Positions 9,651 to 19,132 of a stretch of DNA of 28,022 nucleotides are shown here, in pieces. The notes below the pieces were generated by a model. That model was not told where the DNA came from. It saw nothing but the letters and a program-made list of their open reading frames with translations, and ran no database searches. Source of the DNA: an uncultured Ignavibacteriaceae bacterium (GTDB lineage Bacteria; Bacteroidota; Ignavibacteria; Ignavibacteriales; Ignavibacteriaceae); assembly GCA_964430095.1 (NCBI GenBank), contig CAYSGP010000216.1, forward strand, positions 1-28,022. Direction: 5' to 3'. The translations under genes and the position numbers were made by a program. Position 1 is the stretch's first letter, and each line of letters begins with the position of its first letter.

Positions 9651-10280
9651 CTATTTGCTTAAGATCATTTTTTTTACTTCGGAAAAATTTCCGGCCTGTA
9701 ATCTGTAAAAGTATACTCCGCTTGCCAATTCATTTGCATTGAATGATGCTTTGAAAAACCCCGCAGGTTTTATTTCACTTACAAGTGTGGTTATTTCGGT
9801 TCCAATAATATTATATATTTTTAATAATACAAATGAGTGTTCTGCAATGTAATATTCTATTGTGGTGGAAGGATTAAACGGATTAGGATAATTCTGAAAA
9901 AGCTGAAATGATAAAGGAGTATTTGTTTTTCCATAAACAGAAGTGGTACTCAAAACTGTAATTGTACCGGCCATTCCTACACCGCCTGGACTGCCATGAG
10001 GGACGCAATAATATCTATGTAATCCTTCATTTGAAATAACTTTTGAGAAGACGCGAATAGTACTTGTAATAGGAGAGTTCCAGGAATCAATTCCTGAAGT
10101 AACGTCAGATGTAGTTGTGTGAATCCCGTTCTGCCACTGCCATTCAACTGTATCACCGGCTGCAATATTTATATCTTTTGGATCGAATTCAAAGTCTCTT
10201 ACAAAAATAATATGTTTGGTTTGTCCAAGGCTGATTGCAAGACTGCCAGATAATAACAAAAGAAAAAAACAATTTTTCAT
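9651..10280 (-). CDS. Plastocyanin/azurin-family cupredoxin with a T9SS (Por) C-terminal sorting domain
   Basis: Signal peptide; FEFDPKDINIAAGDTVEW; type-1 copper ligands GIHTTTS and YYCVPHGSPGGVGMAG; CTD FQLFQNYPNPFNPSTTIEY...SGVYFYRLQAG...KKMILSK. Confidence 0.9.
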   Translation of the reverse strand: MKNCFFLLLLSGSLAISLGQTKHIIFVRDFEFDPKDINIAAGDTVEWQWQNGIHTTTSDVTSGIDSWNSPITSTIRVFSKVISNEGLHRYYCVPHGSPGGVGMAGTITVLSTTSVYGKTNTPLSFQLFQNYPNPFNPSTTIEYYIAEHSFVLLKIYNIIGTEITTLVSEIKPAGFFKASFNANELASGVYFYRLQAGNFSEVKKMILSK

Positions 10281-10420
10281 ATAATCCTAATAAAATTTAA
10301 TTTCTCTTAAAGTAATTTATAGTATCATGTAGTAGGAAAAGGTGACAAGATTGCTATGTTCTGAATTACACTCTTTCGGCTGAAATTTTAAAATTAACAC
10401 CGTTTTTAAATAATTTGTAC

Positions 10421-10774
10421 CTAATTTTCATTTTCAAATAGATTTTCTTTATCCAGTTTGTTGTTTGTTTTAGGTTCCCAGTGTAATCCATCGCACGGGA
10501 TGTAATTAATTGAGGGATGGCGGTCATGTTTTAAACAAAGAACGGCGCTCTTATCAAAATTTCTGCAGGTTGAGCACAGAGATGATTCAATTACTTCTTT
10601 ATTTTTTTCTTCAAAAAGCTTGTAATGAACAATTGCCGGATGGATTATAATTACATAAATGCCCATTGCTGAAATAATCCACCAAAATCCAAAATCAATA
10701 TAACTTCTCAAAATCCAGAGAACAGGGATTAGCAAAACTATTCTGAACAATGTCCAAAAAACAATTTCTCCCAT
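10421..10774 (-). CDS. Hypothetical membrane protein with a C-terminal four-Cys motif
   Basis: Two hydrophobic helices, then Cx2Cx9Cx13C (CSTCRNFDKSAVLCLKHDRHPSINYIPC); no competing ORF. Confidence 0.7.
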   Translation of the reverse strand: MGEIVFWTLFRIVLLIPVLWILRSYIDFGFWWIISAMGIYVIIIHPAIVHYKLFEEKNKEVIESSLCSTCRNFDKSAVLCLKHDRHPSINYIPCDGLHWEPKTNNKLDKENLFENEN

Positions 10775-10963
10775 CTAAAAACTCATTTTTTTTATAAAAT
10801 ATCAGAATTTGAGCTATAATCAAATTTAGTAATCCAATTTCAATAAAATAAAACAGAAAACCATTATTTAGATTATTTTATTAATTGTATATTATAACTA
10901 AATTTAGGAAAGTAACTTTTACCAATGAGTAATTGAAGGTAAAAATAAGTGGGGTTTATATAG

Positions 10964-11035
10964 TGAGCGCGGGTGGTATCGAACCACCGACCCTCTGCTT
11001 AAAAGGCAGATGCTCTACCACTGAGCTACGCGCCC
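10964..11035 (-). tRNA. trnK: tRNA-Lys (anticodon UUU)
   Basis: Reverse complement GGGCGCG TA GCTC AGTGGTA GAGC A TCTGC CTTTTAA GCAGA GGGTC GGTGG TTCGATA CCACC CGCGCTC A folds as a full cloverleaf; CCA is not encoded. Confidence 0.97.
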
Positions 11036-11117
11036 CTTTTTAGGAGCCCGAAATATAAAAAATAGAACTTTTTTATCCAAGTAAACAAGTTATTTTTAAT
11101 ATAAATACAAATTAAAT

Positions 11118-12485
11118 ATGAGCAGCAAAAATTCAAAAATATTAGTCTGTGATGATGATGAAACTCTGTGTTATCTATTAAAAGAGCAGCTTCTGGAAGA
11201 AGGTTTTTCGGTTGATACTGTTTATGATGGAAGTTATGCAATTGATGCTATTAAAAGAAAACCTTCATATGATGTTCTTTTACTGGATCTTGAAATGCAG
11301 AATGTACCGGGTGAAGAGGTATTAAAATTTGCAAACGATTATTGTACGTCAATCCAGGTGATTGTACTTACTGCTAAATCTGAAATTAAAAAAGCAATTG
11401 AATGTATTAAGCTGGGAGCCTACCACTATATTACCAAACCATATGATTTTGACGAGCTGCTTCTGGATATAAACAAAGCAATTGAGCATAAAGAACTATT
11501 TGTTAAAAGCACTATACTTGCAGACCAGCTAAATAAAAAACACCCCAATAAAATTTTAGGCAGCAGCTCAGAGCTTCATAAGACACTTCATTTGGCTAAC
11601 AAAGCAGCTCAATCCGATTCCAATATTTTAATTGAAGGAGAAACCGGTACGGGTAAAGAATTATTTGCCGAGTATATACATAAACGTTCCGCAAGAGTCG
11701 AAAAACCGTTTGTAGTTGTAAACTGTGCCTCACTGCCGGATCAGCTTATTGAAAGCGAATTATTCGGACATGAAAGAGGTGCATTTACAGATGCAAAATC
11801 TACTAAGCAGGGTTTAGTTGAAATAGCTCATGGGGGTTCCCTTTTTCTCGATGAAATAGGCGAGTTATCTCTTTCGCTTCAGCCTAAATTACTGCGCTTC
11901 CTGGAAAATGGAGAATATCGAAGAATCGGTGGAGTAACCAATTTAACCTCAAACGTCCGTGTAATCGGAGCTACAAACAGAAATCTTCTTGAAGAAGCAG
12001 ATATTAAAAATTTTAGAAGAGATCTTTTGTTCCGGTTAAACGTAATTACCCTTACCATTCCTCCTTTAAGAGAAAGAAAGGAAGATATTCTACTCCTGGC
12101 AAATCATTTTCTCACTTCTAAATCTTCCATTAGAGCTCCTAAAAAGTTAACTCCTAAAGCAGAAGCTACTTTGGTTACATATGATTTCCCTGGAAATGTA
12201 AGAGAACTTGAACATATAATTGAACGAGCAATAATCTTCGCAGAGGGAGAATATATAAACGTGGAAGATTTGAATCTGCCAGCTTCTTCCAGAAAACTGA
12301 CAACAATTGATGAGGATAACGGCAAGTCAGAAGAAATTCTAAGTATTGAGGAAATGGAAAAAAGGCATATAGCAAAAGTGCTTAGGCATAACAGATGGGA
12401 CAGAACCCGAACTGCCAGTATTTTAGGCATCAGTCCAAAAACACTTTACACCAAGATTAAGAAATATGAAATTAAACAAGAATAA
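11118..12485 (+). CDS. Sigma54-dependent Fis/NtrC-family response regulator (REC-AAA+-HTH)
   Basis: REC (DDD, LLD, KPY); Walker A GETGTGKE; ESELFGHERGAFTDA; LFLDEIGEL; FRRDLLFRLNV; FPGNVRELE; HTH RTRTASILGISPKTLY. Confidence 0.95.
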   Translation: MSSKNSKILVCDDDETLCYLLKEQLLEEGFSVDTVYDGSYAIDAIKRKPSYDVLLLDLEMQNVPGEEVLKFANDYCTSIQVIVLTAKSEIKKAIECIKLGAYHYITKPYDFDELLLDINKAIEHKELFVKSTILADQLNKKHPNKILGSSSELHKTLHLANKAAQSDSNILIEGETGTGKELFAEYIHKRSARVEKPFVVVNCASLPDQLIESELFGHERGAFTDAKSTKQGLVEIAHGGSLFLDEIGELSLSLQPKLLRFLENGEYRRIGGVTNLTSNVRVIGATNRNLLEEADIKNFRRDLLFRLNVITLTIPPLRERKEDILLLANHFLTSKSSIRAPKKLTPKAEATLVTYDFPGNVRELEHIIERAIIFAEGEYINVEDLNLPASSRKLTTIDEDNGKSEEILSIEEMEKRHIAKVLRHNRWDRTRTASILGISPKTLYTKIKKYEIKQE

Positions 12486-12488
12486 TGA

Positions 12489-14477
12489 ATGCTCTCTAAA
12501 ATTGTTACTAAATACGCACTGAAAGATCTCTTAGAAACAGAGAGTGGTCTGGCAATTGCTGACGCAAATAAAAAAATAATTTGGTATAATAAAAGCTTTA
12601 AGGAAACTGCCGGATTAAAAAAAATTAAGGGAAGAAAATTTGAGGATCTTTTCCCTAATGCAAATTGGAAAAAACAGGATTCAGGGAAGAAGAAAAAAAA
12701 TTCCGTTGAAACACTAATTTCACCCGAGCATCAAAAACTTGAGATAGCGTCGCTCAAGAATGGAACTGCAACCGAGTACTTTACTTTAAAAATAAAAACG
12801 GTAGCTCAGGAAAAAATCACAACCCATCTTGATGCGGAATTACTGAATCGAGATCTTTCTTTTCAAAATGTACTTAAAGAAGTCCTTTCGTTTTTAACTA
12901 CAGAAAAATCAATAACCTTCGTATCGGAAGAGCTACTTAAAAGATGTGTAGCAGTTTGCAGAGGGAATTTCGGTATAACCGTCATCTTTAAAAAGGATAA
13001 AAAAGTTGAATATATATATTTTGATCAGTATCAGCATTTAAAGAATAAAAAAGATGCTGAGAAAGAGATTAAAGCCAGCTTTTCTTTTTTAAAGAAATGG
13101 TTTGAAGTAAATAAGCATACCCTTATGGCTTTAAATGAACATGGAAATATTGCCTACAATCTGACGCGAGCTCTTCAAAGCCAAACCTTATTAGCTTCCC
13201 CTTGTTTTTATAATGGGGAACTTCTGGCAGTAATAATTATTGGAAAGGGGAAAGGAATTTTTTCCTCACTAGACGTTAATTACCTCGAAAAATTTGCAGA
13301 TCTTTTGGCGCTTGCAATTAATAGTGCTTACAATGAAGAATTAAATAATGCGCTTGAGACAAGACTTCAGCAGGCTCAAAAGCTGGAAACTATAGGAAAA
13401 TTAACAAGCGGAATGGCTCACGATTTTAATAATCTTCTTTCCAGTATTTTCGGAAGTCTTAACCTTCTCAAAAAAAGGGTTCCTGAAAATGAAAATACGT
13501 TCCGGCTGATTGATAATATTGAAAATTGTTCTATAAGAGCTAAAGATTTGACTAAGGGATTATTAACATTCGGGAAACCTACCCAGAAAAGGAAAGAAAT
13601 TATTAAACCGAATGTTCTTTTAACTGAAATTAGTAAAGTAGTGACTCAAACCTTTCCAAGGACTATCAAATTTGAAATGGATTCAGAAGACCGTCTCCAT
13701 AATTTATTGGGAAACAGCACTGAAATATATCAGGTTCTCCTGAATTTATGCGTAAATGCAAAGGAAGCTATCGAAAAGGAAGGAAAAATTGTTTTATCAG
13801 CCAGAAATATCCAAGTCAATGAACATAATTTAATAAAATATCCGCACCTTAGTAAAAATAATTATGTTTTATTCTCTGTAAAAGATAATGGCTCAGGAAT
13901 ATCCGAGGAAAACATCCAAAAAATATTTGAACCTTATTTCTCAACTAAAGAGAAAGAGACAGGATCTGGTCTGGGGCTGTACATTACTTACGGTATAATA
14001 AAAGCTCACGACGGTTATATTGAGGTAATCAGCAAATTAAATAAAGGCACAGAGTTTAACATTTATCTTCCCTCCTACGAACCCGTAAAAGCAGAAGAAA
14101 AAGCTGCTCCCCATGCTTCGGAAAAAATAATTCTGCTGGCAGATGACGAAATGATGTTGCGGGATTTGCTTGCAGAACTTCTGGAATCACAAGGTTATAA
14201 TGTTATAAGAGTCGCCACCGGTAAAGAGGTTCTGACAGTGCTTACGGAAGAATTAAAGGTTGATTTAATAATTATTGATTATAATATGCCTGAAATGAAC
14301 GGTTTGGAATGTATCAGGAGAATAAAAGAACTCGATTTTAAAATGCCGATTATACTTTCTACCGGAAGTTTATCTGTTGAAGAAAAAGTAGGCTCAGATA
14401 CTGACGGGATAAGCAGCGTGTTGACGAAACCATATGAATTCGATACGATGCTTAATACAATTCAAAAATTAATCTGA
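12489..14477 (+). CDS. Cytoplasmic hybrid histidine kinase (PAS-like, GAF, HisKA, HATPase, REC; CckA-type H-box)
   Basis: GMAHDFNNLL H-box; QVLLNLCVNAKEA; DNGSGIS; IFEPYFSTK; GSGLGL; C-terminal REC (ADDE, IID, KPY). No obvious TM helix. Starts 3 nt after the activator stop. Confidence 0.93.
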   Translation: MLSKIVTKYALKDLLETESGLAIADANKKIIWYNKSFKETAGLKKIKGRKFEDLFPNANWKKQDSGKKKKNSVETLISPEHQKLEIASLKNGTATEYFTLKIKTVAQEKITTHLDAELLNRDLSFQNVLKEVLSFLTTEKSITFVSEELLKRCVAVCRGNFGITVIFKKDKKVEYIYFDQYQHLKNKKDAEKEIKASFSFLKKWFEVNKHTLMALNEHGNIAYNLTRALQSQTLLASPCFYNGELLAVIIIGKGKGIFSSLDVNYLEKFADLLALAINSAYNEELNNALETRLQQAQKLETIGKLTSGMAHDFNNLLSSIFGSLNLLKKRVPENENTFRLIDNIENCSIRAKDLTKGLLTFGKPTQKRKEIIKPNVLLTEISKVVTQTFPRTIKFEMDSEDRLHNLLGNSTEIYQVLLNLCVNAKEAIEKEGKIVLSARNIQVNEHNLIKYPHLSKNNYVLFSVKDNGSGISEENIQKIFEPYFSTKEKETGSGLGLYITYGIIKAHDGYIEVISKLNKGTEFNIYLPSYEPVKAEEKAAPHASEKIILLADDEMMLRDLLAELLESQGYNVIRVATGKEVLTVLTEELKVDLIIIDYNMPEMNGLECIRRIKELDFKMPIILSTGSLSVEEKVGSDTDGISSVLTKPYEFDTMLNTIQKLI

Positions 14478-15146
14478 TTTATTTTCTTTCTTATCCACTT
14501 CGATCATTTTTATATTCTTAATGTATTCCGAGAATATCGGTTTCTTTATAGAATTAAGCTGATTTAATACATCATTTATTTCCATAATGCCGGATTCAAT
14601 ATAGCTCAGCCGTTTTTGAATATTTTCTTTTGATATTTCATCCTTGCTCAGCTCTCTTTTTATAGCTGCCAGGGAAAGGCTCATTAATGTTAAAGGCTGT
14701 TTAATTTTGTGGTTTGCAGTCACAACAGTTGCAGCAAAAGTATTTCTCTTCTCGGAGTCCACAAGCCGTTTGGTGGCTTCAGATAATTTTAATGCTGAAT
14801 TAACTCTTGCTAATAGCTCTATCCTGTTAAAAGGTTTTTTAACATAGTCATAAGCTCCGGCTTCCAAACCTTCTTTGGTATCTTCAGCACCCGCTTTGGC
14901 TGTAACCAGAATTATTGGAATATTAGAAGTAGCAGGATTTGAGACTAATGTTGTGCAAACCTCAAGCCCTGTTAATCCGGGCATCATTACGTCAAGAAGC
15001 ACCAAATCGGGTAAATCGCTCAAAGCTTTGTCAATGCCCGATTTTCCGTCATAAGCCGTAATTACTTCATAACCTTCGTTTTCAAGCCGGTCTTGCAGCA
15101 TAAAAACATTTTCAGGAAGGTCATCTATAACAAGAATTTTTTTCAT
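14469..15146 (-). CDS. Response regulator receiver fused to a HisKA/DHp-like domain without a HATPase domain
   Basis: REC (IDD, LLDVMMP, VTA, KP) followed by TANHKIKQPLT and a second helix, ending without N/G1/F/G2 boxes. Confidence 0.85.
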   Translation of the reverse strand: MKKILVIDDLPENVFMLQDRLENEGYEVITAYDGKSGIDKALSDLPDLVLLDVMMPGLTGLEVCTTLVSNPATSNIPIILVTAKAGAEDTKEGLEAGAYDYVKKPFNRIELLARVNSALKLSEATKRLVDSEKRNTFAATVVTANHKIKQPLTLMSLSLAAIKRELSKDEISKENIQKRLSYIESGIMEINDVLNQLNSIKKPIFSEYIKNIKMIEVDKKENKSD

Positions 15147-18100
15147 TTCACAACAGGTTTAGTTTTAGCGAACAGTTTTTCTATTTTAAATGCAAGCACT
15201 CCGGCGTTTACAGGTTTTGAAATATAATCATCAAAACCGTGCTTGAGTATTATTTTTTTATCTTCCAGCATTGCCTTAGCAGTTACGGCAAATACTGGTA
15301 TATTAGTCCAATTAGCAGTTTCTTTTATTTTTTTTATTGTTTGAAATCCATCCATAACAGGCATCATTATATCAAGAAGAATTAAATCCGGTATTGAAGC
15401 TTCTAATATCTGCATGCATTCAATTCCGTTCTTTGCCAATATGGTTTTGCAATTGCATGCTTGTATCATTTCGTTTAGAGTAAATAATGTATCTGCATCA
15501 TCATCTACAATCAAAACCTCCCCAAGGACAATTTTGGGTTTTTCTTGTTCCTTAATAGGAAATTCTTCTCTAGTATCGCTATTTAATTCTTCGGCATTTT
15601 CCATAAGCTCTTCCATATCAAACTGCATTCCATTCTTAAGGGAATCATTTTCTGCTGTTTCTTCCATTAGTTTAATCCTATCGCGGACAGTTTTTAAAAC
15701 ATCAATAGGATGTCCTTTAGATTTTACCGCAATTTCTTCTACTATATTGTTTAAAGATTCCTTTTCATCAGGAGATAAATCTTTGGCCGTGCTTATTATA
15801 ATAGGGATATTTTTTGTCTCCGTATTAGATTTAATCATATGAGAAAGAGTAATTCCGTCAATATTTGGCATCAGCAAATCAATTATTATTAAATCAGGCT
15901 GGATTTCTGCTATCTTATTAAGAGCAATTCTGCTGTCCTGGATATAATGAAATTTTACAGGTACAGTTTTAAAGGCAGCGTTAAATTTTTCAAATTCAAT
16001 TTCATCATCATCAACTATTACTATTTTTTCAATTCTTTTTTTAGCAATATTTTCCAGCTTCTCGAATGCTGAAAAAAGCTGTTCATGCGAGATTGGTTTT
16101 ACGAAATATTCAAATGCACCAAGACCATATCCAACTTTTTTATCACCAATAATTGAAATTAAAATAACAGGAATATCTCTCGTTAAAGAACTTTCCTTCA
16201 ACTCCTTTAAAACAGTCCAGCCATCCTTTTTGGGAAGCATTACATCCAATGTAATAGCAAACGGCTGCTTTTCAATAGCTTCTTTTATTCCTGTTTCACC
16301 ATCTTCCGCATAAATTACTTCATAGCCTCTAGAAATTAAGTATTGCCCTATAGTAAACCGGGCTTCTTTATCATCATCAATTACTAGGATAGGATTTCTT
16401 AGATTTTTTCTTAATACAGCGGCATTTACAACAAGCTCTGTTTTTTGATCTTTAATTTGAATTGATTTTAAAGGTATTTTGAAAATAAATTTCGACCCGC
16501 TGCCGAATTCGCTTTCAACAGACAAAGTACCGTTAAGAAATTCGGAAATACGTTTGCAGATTGCCAGACCCAGTCCTGTTCCGTTATATCTTTTCGTACT
16601 TGTTCCGTCTAATTGCCTGAATTCCTCAAAAATAATTTTTTGATGTTCTTTTGAAATCCCGATACCTGAATCGCATATTTCAAACTTCAAAAAATTACCG
16701 GAAGAATTAAATGATAATTTCTGATCCGTCAATTTTTTTTCTGTGCTGACATTTAGTTTTATAAAACCTTTTTCCGTAAACTTAATTGCATTGCCAAGTA
16801 AATTGATTAAGACTTGTGTTACTTTTCCCTTGTCGGTATGAACTAATATCTTAGTCTCCAAGTTTCTTTTTATTTCAAAATCAATATTTTTTTCCTGAAC
16901 AAGAGGCATGAAAGATTCCTGAATCTCATTAAGTAAATCATCAAGCAGGAAATCCTCTTCTTTCAAGTCAACTTTACTCGCTTCAATTTTTGAAAGATCT
17001 AGAATATCATTAATTAAGTTCATCAGCCTTTTACCGCTGTTATTAACCACCTGCAGTCTTTCCTTATTTTTTCCTTTCAAACTAGAATCTTCCAGCATCA
17101 ATTCCGTTAGCCCAAGAATTGAATTCATAGGAGTTCTAAGTTCATGAGACATGGAGGCAAGAAATTGGGATTTTAATTTTGTCGATTCTTCAGCCTTTTC
17201 CTTTTGAATCTCTAATTCTCCGGCTTTTTCCTTTACTTCATTATGAAGTTTTACCAGTTTCTCATTTTGATGTATAATTTGGATATTCTGTTTTTGATAC
17301 TCTTCATTAAGTTTTTTTAATTCAGAAACGAGGTTTTCCATTTGTATGAAAGCAACTGCATTGGTTATTCCTATTGCCAGCTGTTCCTGTATCTTTGCCA
17401 GGTATTCTTTTGCTTCTTCCGAAGGAGGATCTACCGAACCAAGTTCAAGAATTGCAATTATCTTATTGTTATAAACTACCGGCTGTATAAGAAGGTATTT
17501 TATTTGCAGCTTTAATATTCCGGCAGAAATAGTGGGATAATTTTCTTCAAAATTTATTTCGACTAATTCACGATCCTTTACAAGTGTATTGAAATAATTT
17601 ATTTCTTCTGTTAAAGAATAGCCATCGGGCAACCCGAAAGATGAGGTTAAGGTGATTTTATCATTTACAATGGAATAAAGGGCACCAATTGTGAATTTCC
17701 CGGTTTTTATGATTTTCTTTAATGCTGCATCTGCGGCTTCTTTTAAAGTCGGATTTTTATTAATTAATGTTATGAATTCTGAATATTCATTTTTTGCTTT
17801 AAGGTTTTTTTCCAGAACATCCAGCATTTTATTAAATGCTTCCGCTAATTTTCCAAGTTCATCGGTGCTTTCTACTTTTATCTTGTTCTTAAAATTTTCA
17901 TCAACAATTGTTTCGGTAGCCCTGGCCATCTGAGTAATTTGTTTTCTCATTTTCCCGGTAAACAAATATGTCAATATCAATGAAAGCACTATTCCTGCAA
18001 AACCAATAACAATTGAAATATATTTTAGACTGCTCCTGATTTCGACTCCTTCACCATGAGAAACAAAGATTAAGAACTTCAGTCCGGGTTCCTGATCATA

Positions 18101-18751
18101 AGATTCCGTGTAGCATAAAGACGCTAAGATATCTCCCTCGTCCGTTTCCTTTGAATAAATATTAAAGTCGTTTCTTTTGTTGAGCGCTGAATATGCTTCT
18201 ACTAAATATGGGATATATTTATTATTTATAGATTCATTCGAAAATAATAAGGGAATTCCGTTGGAGACTACCGCAATATCGGCTTTAATCTTCTTTGATA
18301 TGGAAGTTAAAAGAGATGGGGAAATCATCTTGCCGTAATAAAAAATCTTGTCTCCAAAGATGATTTTTCTAACTATCAATCCTGGATTATTGGCAATCAA
18401 ACTTTTCAGGGTAATTTCTTTAGGGATATTAAAGAAGTTGGTCCAGTATATCAATTGATTAAAACCATTGTCGCTTTTCAAAATAAAATCAATATTTTCG
18501 TTAATTAATGATTTATTCAGCTCAACGATGCCCGACGATTCATTCAACTTCAACTTAAAAAAAATTTCATCAATGTTTTCAAGTTCGTCGCGGTATGCGT
18601 ATAAAAAATCGTTGCTGGAGTTAATCAGGTATTTTGATTGCTGATTGGTAAGAATGCTTGATATTACCGAATAAAAAGCTAAAGCCGAACTGCCAATTAT
18701 TACCAAAACGATGGCAAAATTGATGAACAGAATCCGGTAACTTATTTTCAT
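15143..18751 (-). CDS. Membrane hybrid histidine kinase: periplasmic sensor-HAMP-GAF-HisKA-HATPase-3xREC
   Basis: Two TM helices; HAMP (STDELGKLAEAFNKM); GAF; MSHELRTPMN; NLLGNAIKFT; DSGIGIS; GTGLGLAI; three receivers with intact Asp (ITLD, IIID, ILLD). Confidence 0.93.
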   Translation of the reverse strand: MKISYRILFINFAIVLVIIGSSALAFYSVISSILTNQQSKYLINSSNDFLYAYRDELENIDEIFFKLKLNESSGIVELNKSLINENIDFILKSDNGFNQLIYWTNFFNIPKEITLKSLIANNPGLIVRKIIFGDKIFYYGKMISPSLLTSISKKIKADIAVVSNGIPLLFSNESINNKYIPYLVEAYSALNKRNDFNIYSKETDEGDILASLCYTESYDQEPGLKFLIFVSHGEGVEIRSSLKYISIVIGFAGIVLSLILTYLFTGKMRKQITQMARATETIVDENFKNKIKVESTDELGKLAEAFNKMLDVLEKNLKAKNEYSEFITLINKNPTLKEAADAALKKIIKTGKFTIGALYSIVNDKITLTSSFGLPDGYSLTEEINYFNTLVKDRELVEINFEENYPTISAGILKLQIKYLLIQPVVYNNKIIAILELGSVDPPSEEAKEYLAKIQEQLAIGITNAVAFIQMENLVSELKKLNEEYQKQNIQIIHQNEKLVKLHNEVKEKAGELEIQKEKAEESTKLKSQFLASMSHELRTPMNSILGLTELMLEDSSLKGKNKERLQVVNNSGKRLMNLINDILDLSKIEASKVDLKEEDFLLDDLLNEIQESFMPLVQEKNIDFEIKRNLETKILVHTDKGKVTQVLINLLGNAIKFTEKGFIKLNVSTEKKLTDQKLSFNSSGNFLKFEICDSGIGISKEHQKIIFEEFRQLDGTSTKRYNGTGLGLAICKRISEFLNGTLSVESEFGSGSKFIFKIPLKSIQIKDQKTELVVNAAVLRKNLRNPILVIDDDKEARFTIGQYLISRGYEVIYAEDGETGIKEAIEKQPFAITLDVMLPKKDGWTVLKELKESSLTRDIPVILISIIGDKKVGYGLGAFEYFVKPISHEQLFSAFEKLENIAKKRIEKIVIVDDDEIEFEKFNAAFKTVPVKFHYIQDSRIALNKIAEIQPDLIIIDLLMPNIDGITLSHMIKSNTETKNIPIIISTAKDLSPDEKESLNNIVEEIAVKSKGHPIDVLKTVRDRIKLMEETAENDSLKNGMQFDMEELMENAEELNSDTREEFPIKEQEKPKIVLGEVLIVDDDADTLFTLNEMIQACNCKTILAKNGIECMQILEASIPDLILLDIMMPVMDGFQTIKKIKETANWTNIPVFAVTAKAMLEDKKIILKHGFDDYISKPVNAGVLAFKIEKLFAKTKPVVK

Positions 18752-19116
18752 TATGAATCTCTTTGTAAGACTTTCCTTATTGTAATTAGAAGTTCGTCAA
18801 AGTCATAAGGTTTGCTAATAAAGTCACCGGCTCCCATCTTAGCAGAATCTATTGCGCTTTTTACATCGGCGTAAGCGGTTAAGACTATAACTTTAGATTT
18901 GATTTTTTTTGTTTCAAGCTCTTTTAATACTTCGAATCCATCCTTCTCCGGCATTTTCAGATCAAGAAGAATTAAGTCAACTGAACGCTTTGCAAGGAAA
19001 GTAAAGGCATCATCACCCTTGCTTACATAATCAGCATCATAGCCGACTTCACTTAATTCCTCCTTCAAAGCAGAACAGAGGCTTAGATCATCATCAACAA
19101 TAAGTATGGATTCCAT
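18751..19116 (-). CDS. Single-domain response regulator
   Basis: 121 aa REC: IVDDD, LLDLKMP, VLTA, KPYDFDELL; stop overlaps the kinase start (TAATG). Confidence 0.93.
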   Translation of the reverse strand: MESILIVDDDLSLCSALKEELSEVGYDADYVSKGDDAFTFLAKRSVDLILLDLKMPEKDGFEVLKELETKKIKSKVIVLTAYADVKSAIDSAKMGAGDFISKPYDFDELLITIRKVLQRDS

Positions 19117-19132
19117 AAATATTTAATGCTCG

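Noticed and set aside
10340-10355. GG-N10-GC pattern (AGGTGACAAGATTGCT) on the plus strand
   Set aside because: Poor -24 element and oriented antisense to the flanking minus-strand genes, with no plus-strand gene downstream.
10775-11117. tRNA-Lys as a possible island or prophage integration site
   Set aside because: No integrase, no duplicated tRNA 3' end and no evident compositional shift in the window.
11778-11795. GAFTDA instead of GAFTGA in the activator, as a sign of sigma54 independence
   Set aside because: The Phe and Thr that contact sigma54 are retained, and GAFTDA is a common natural variant.
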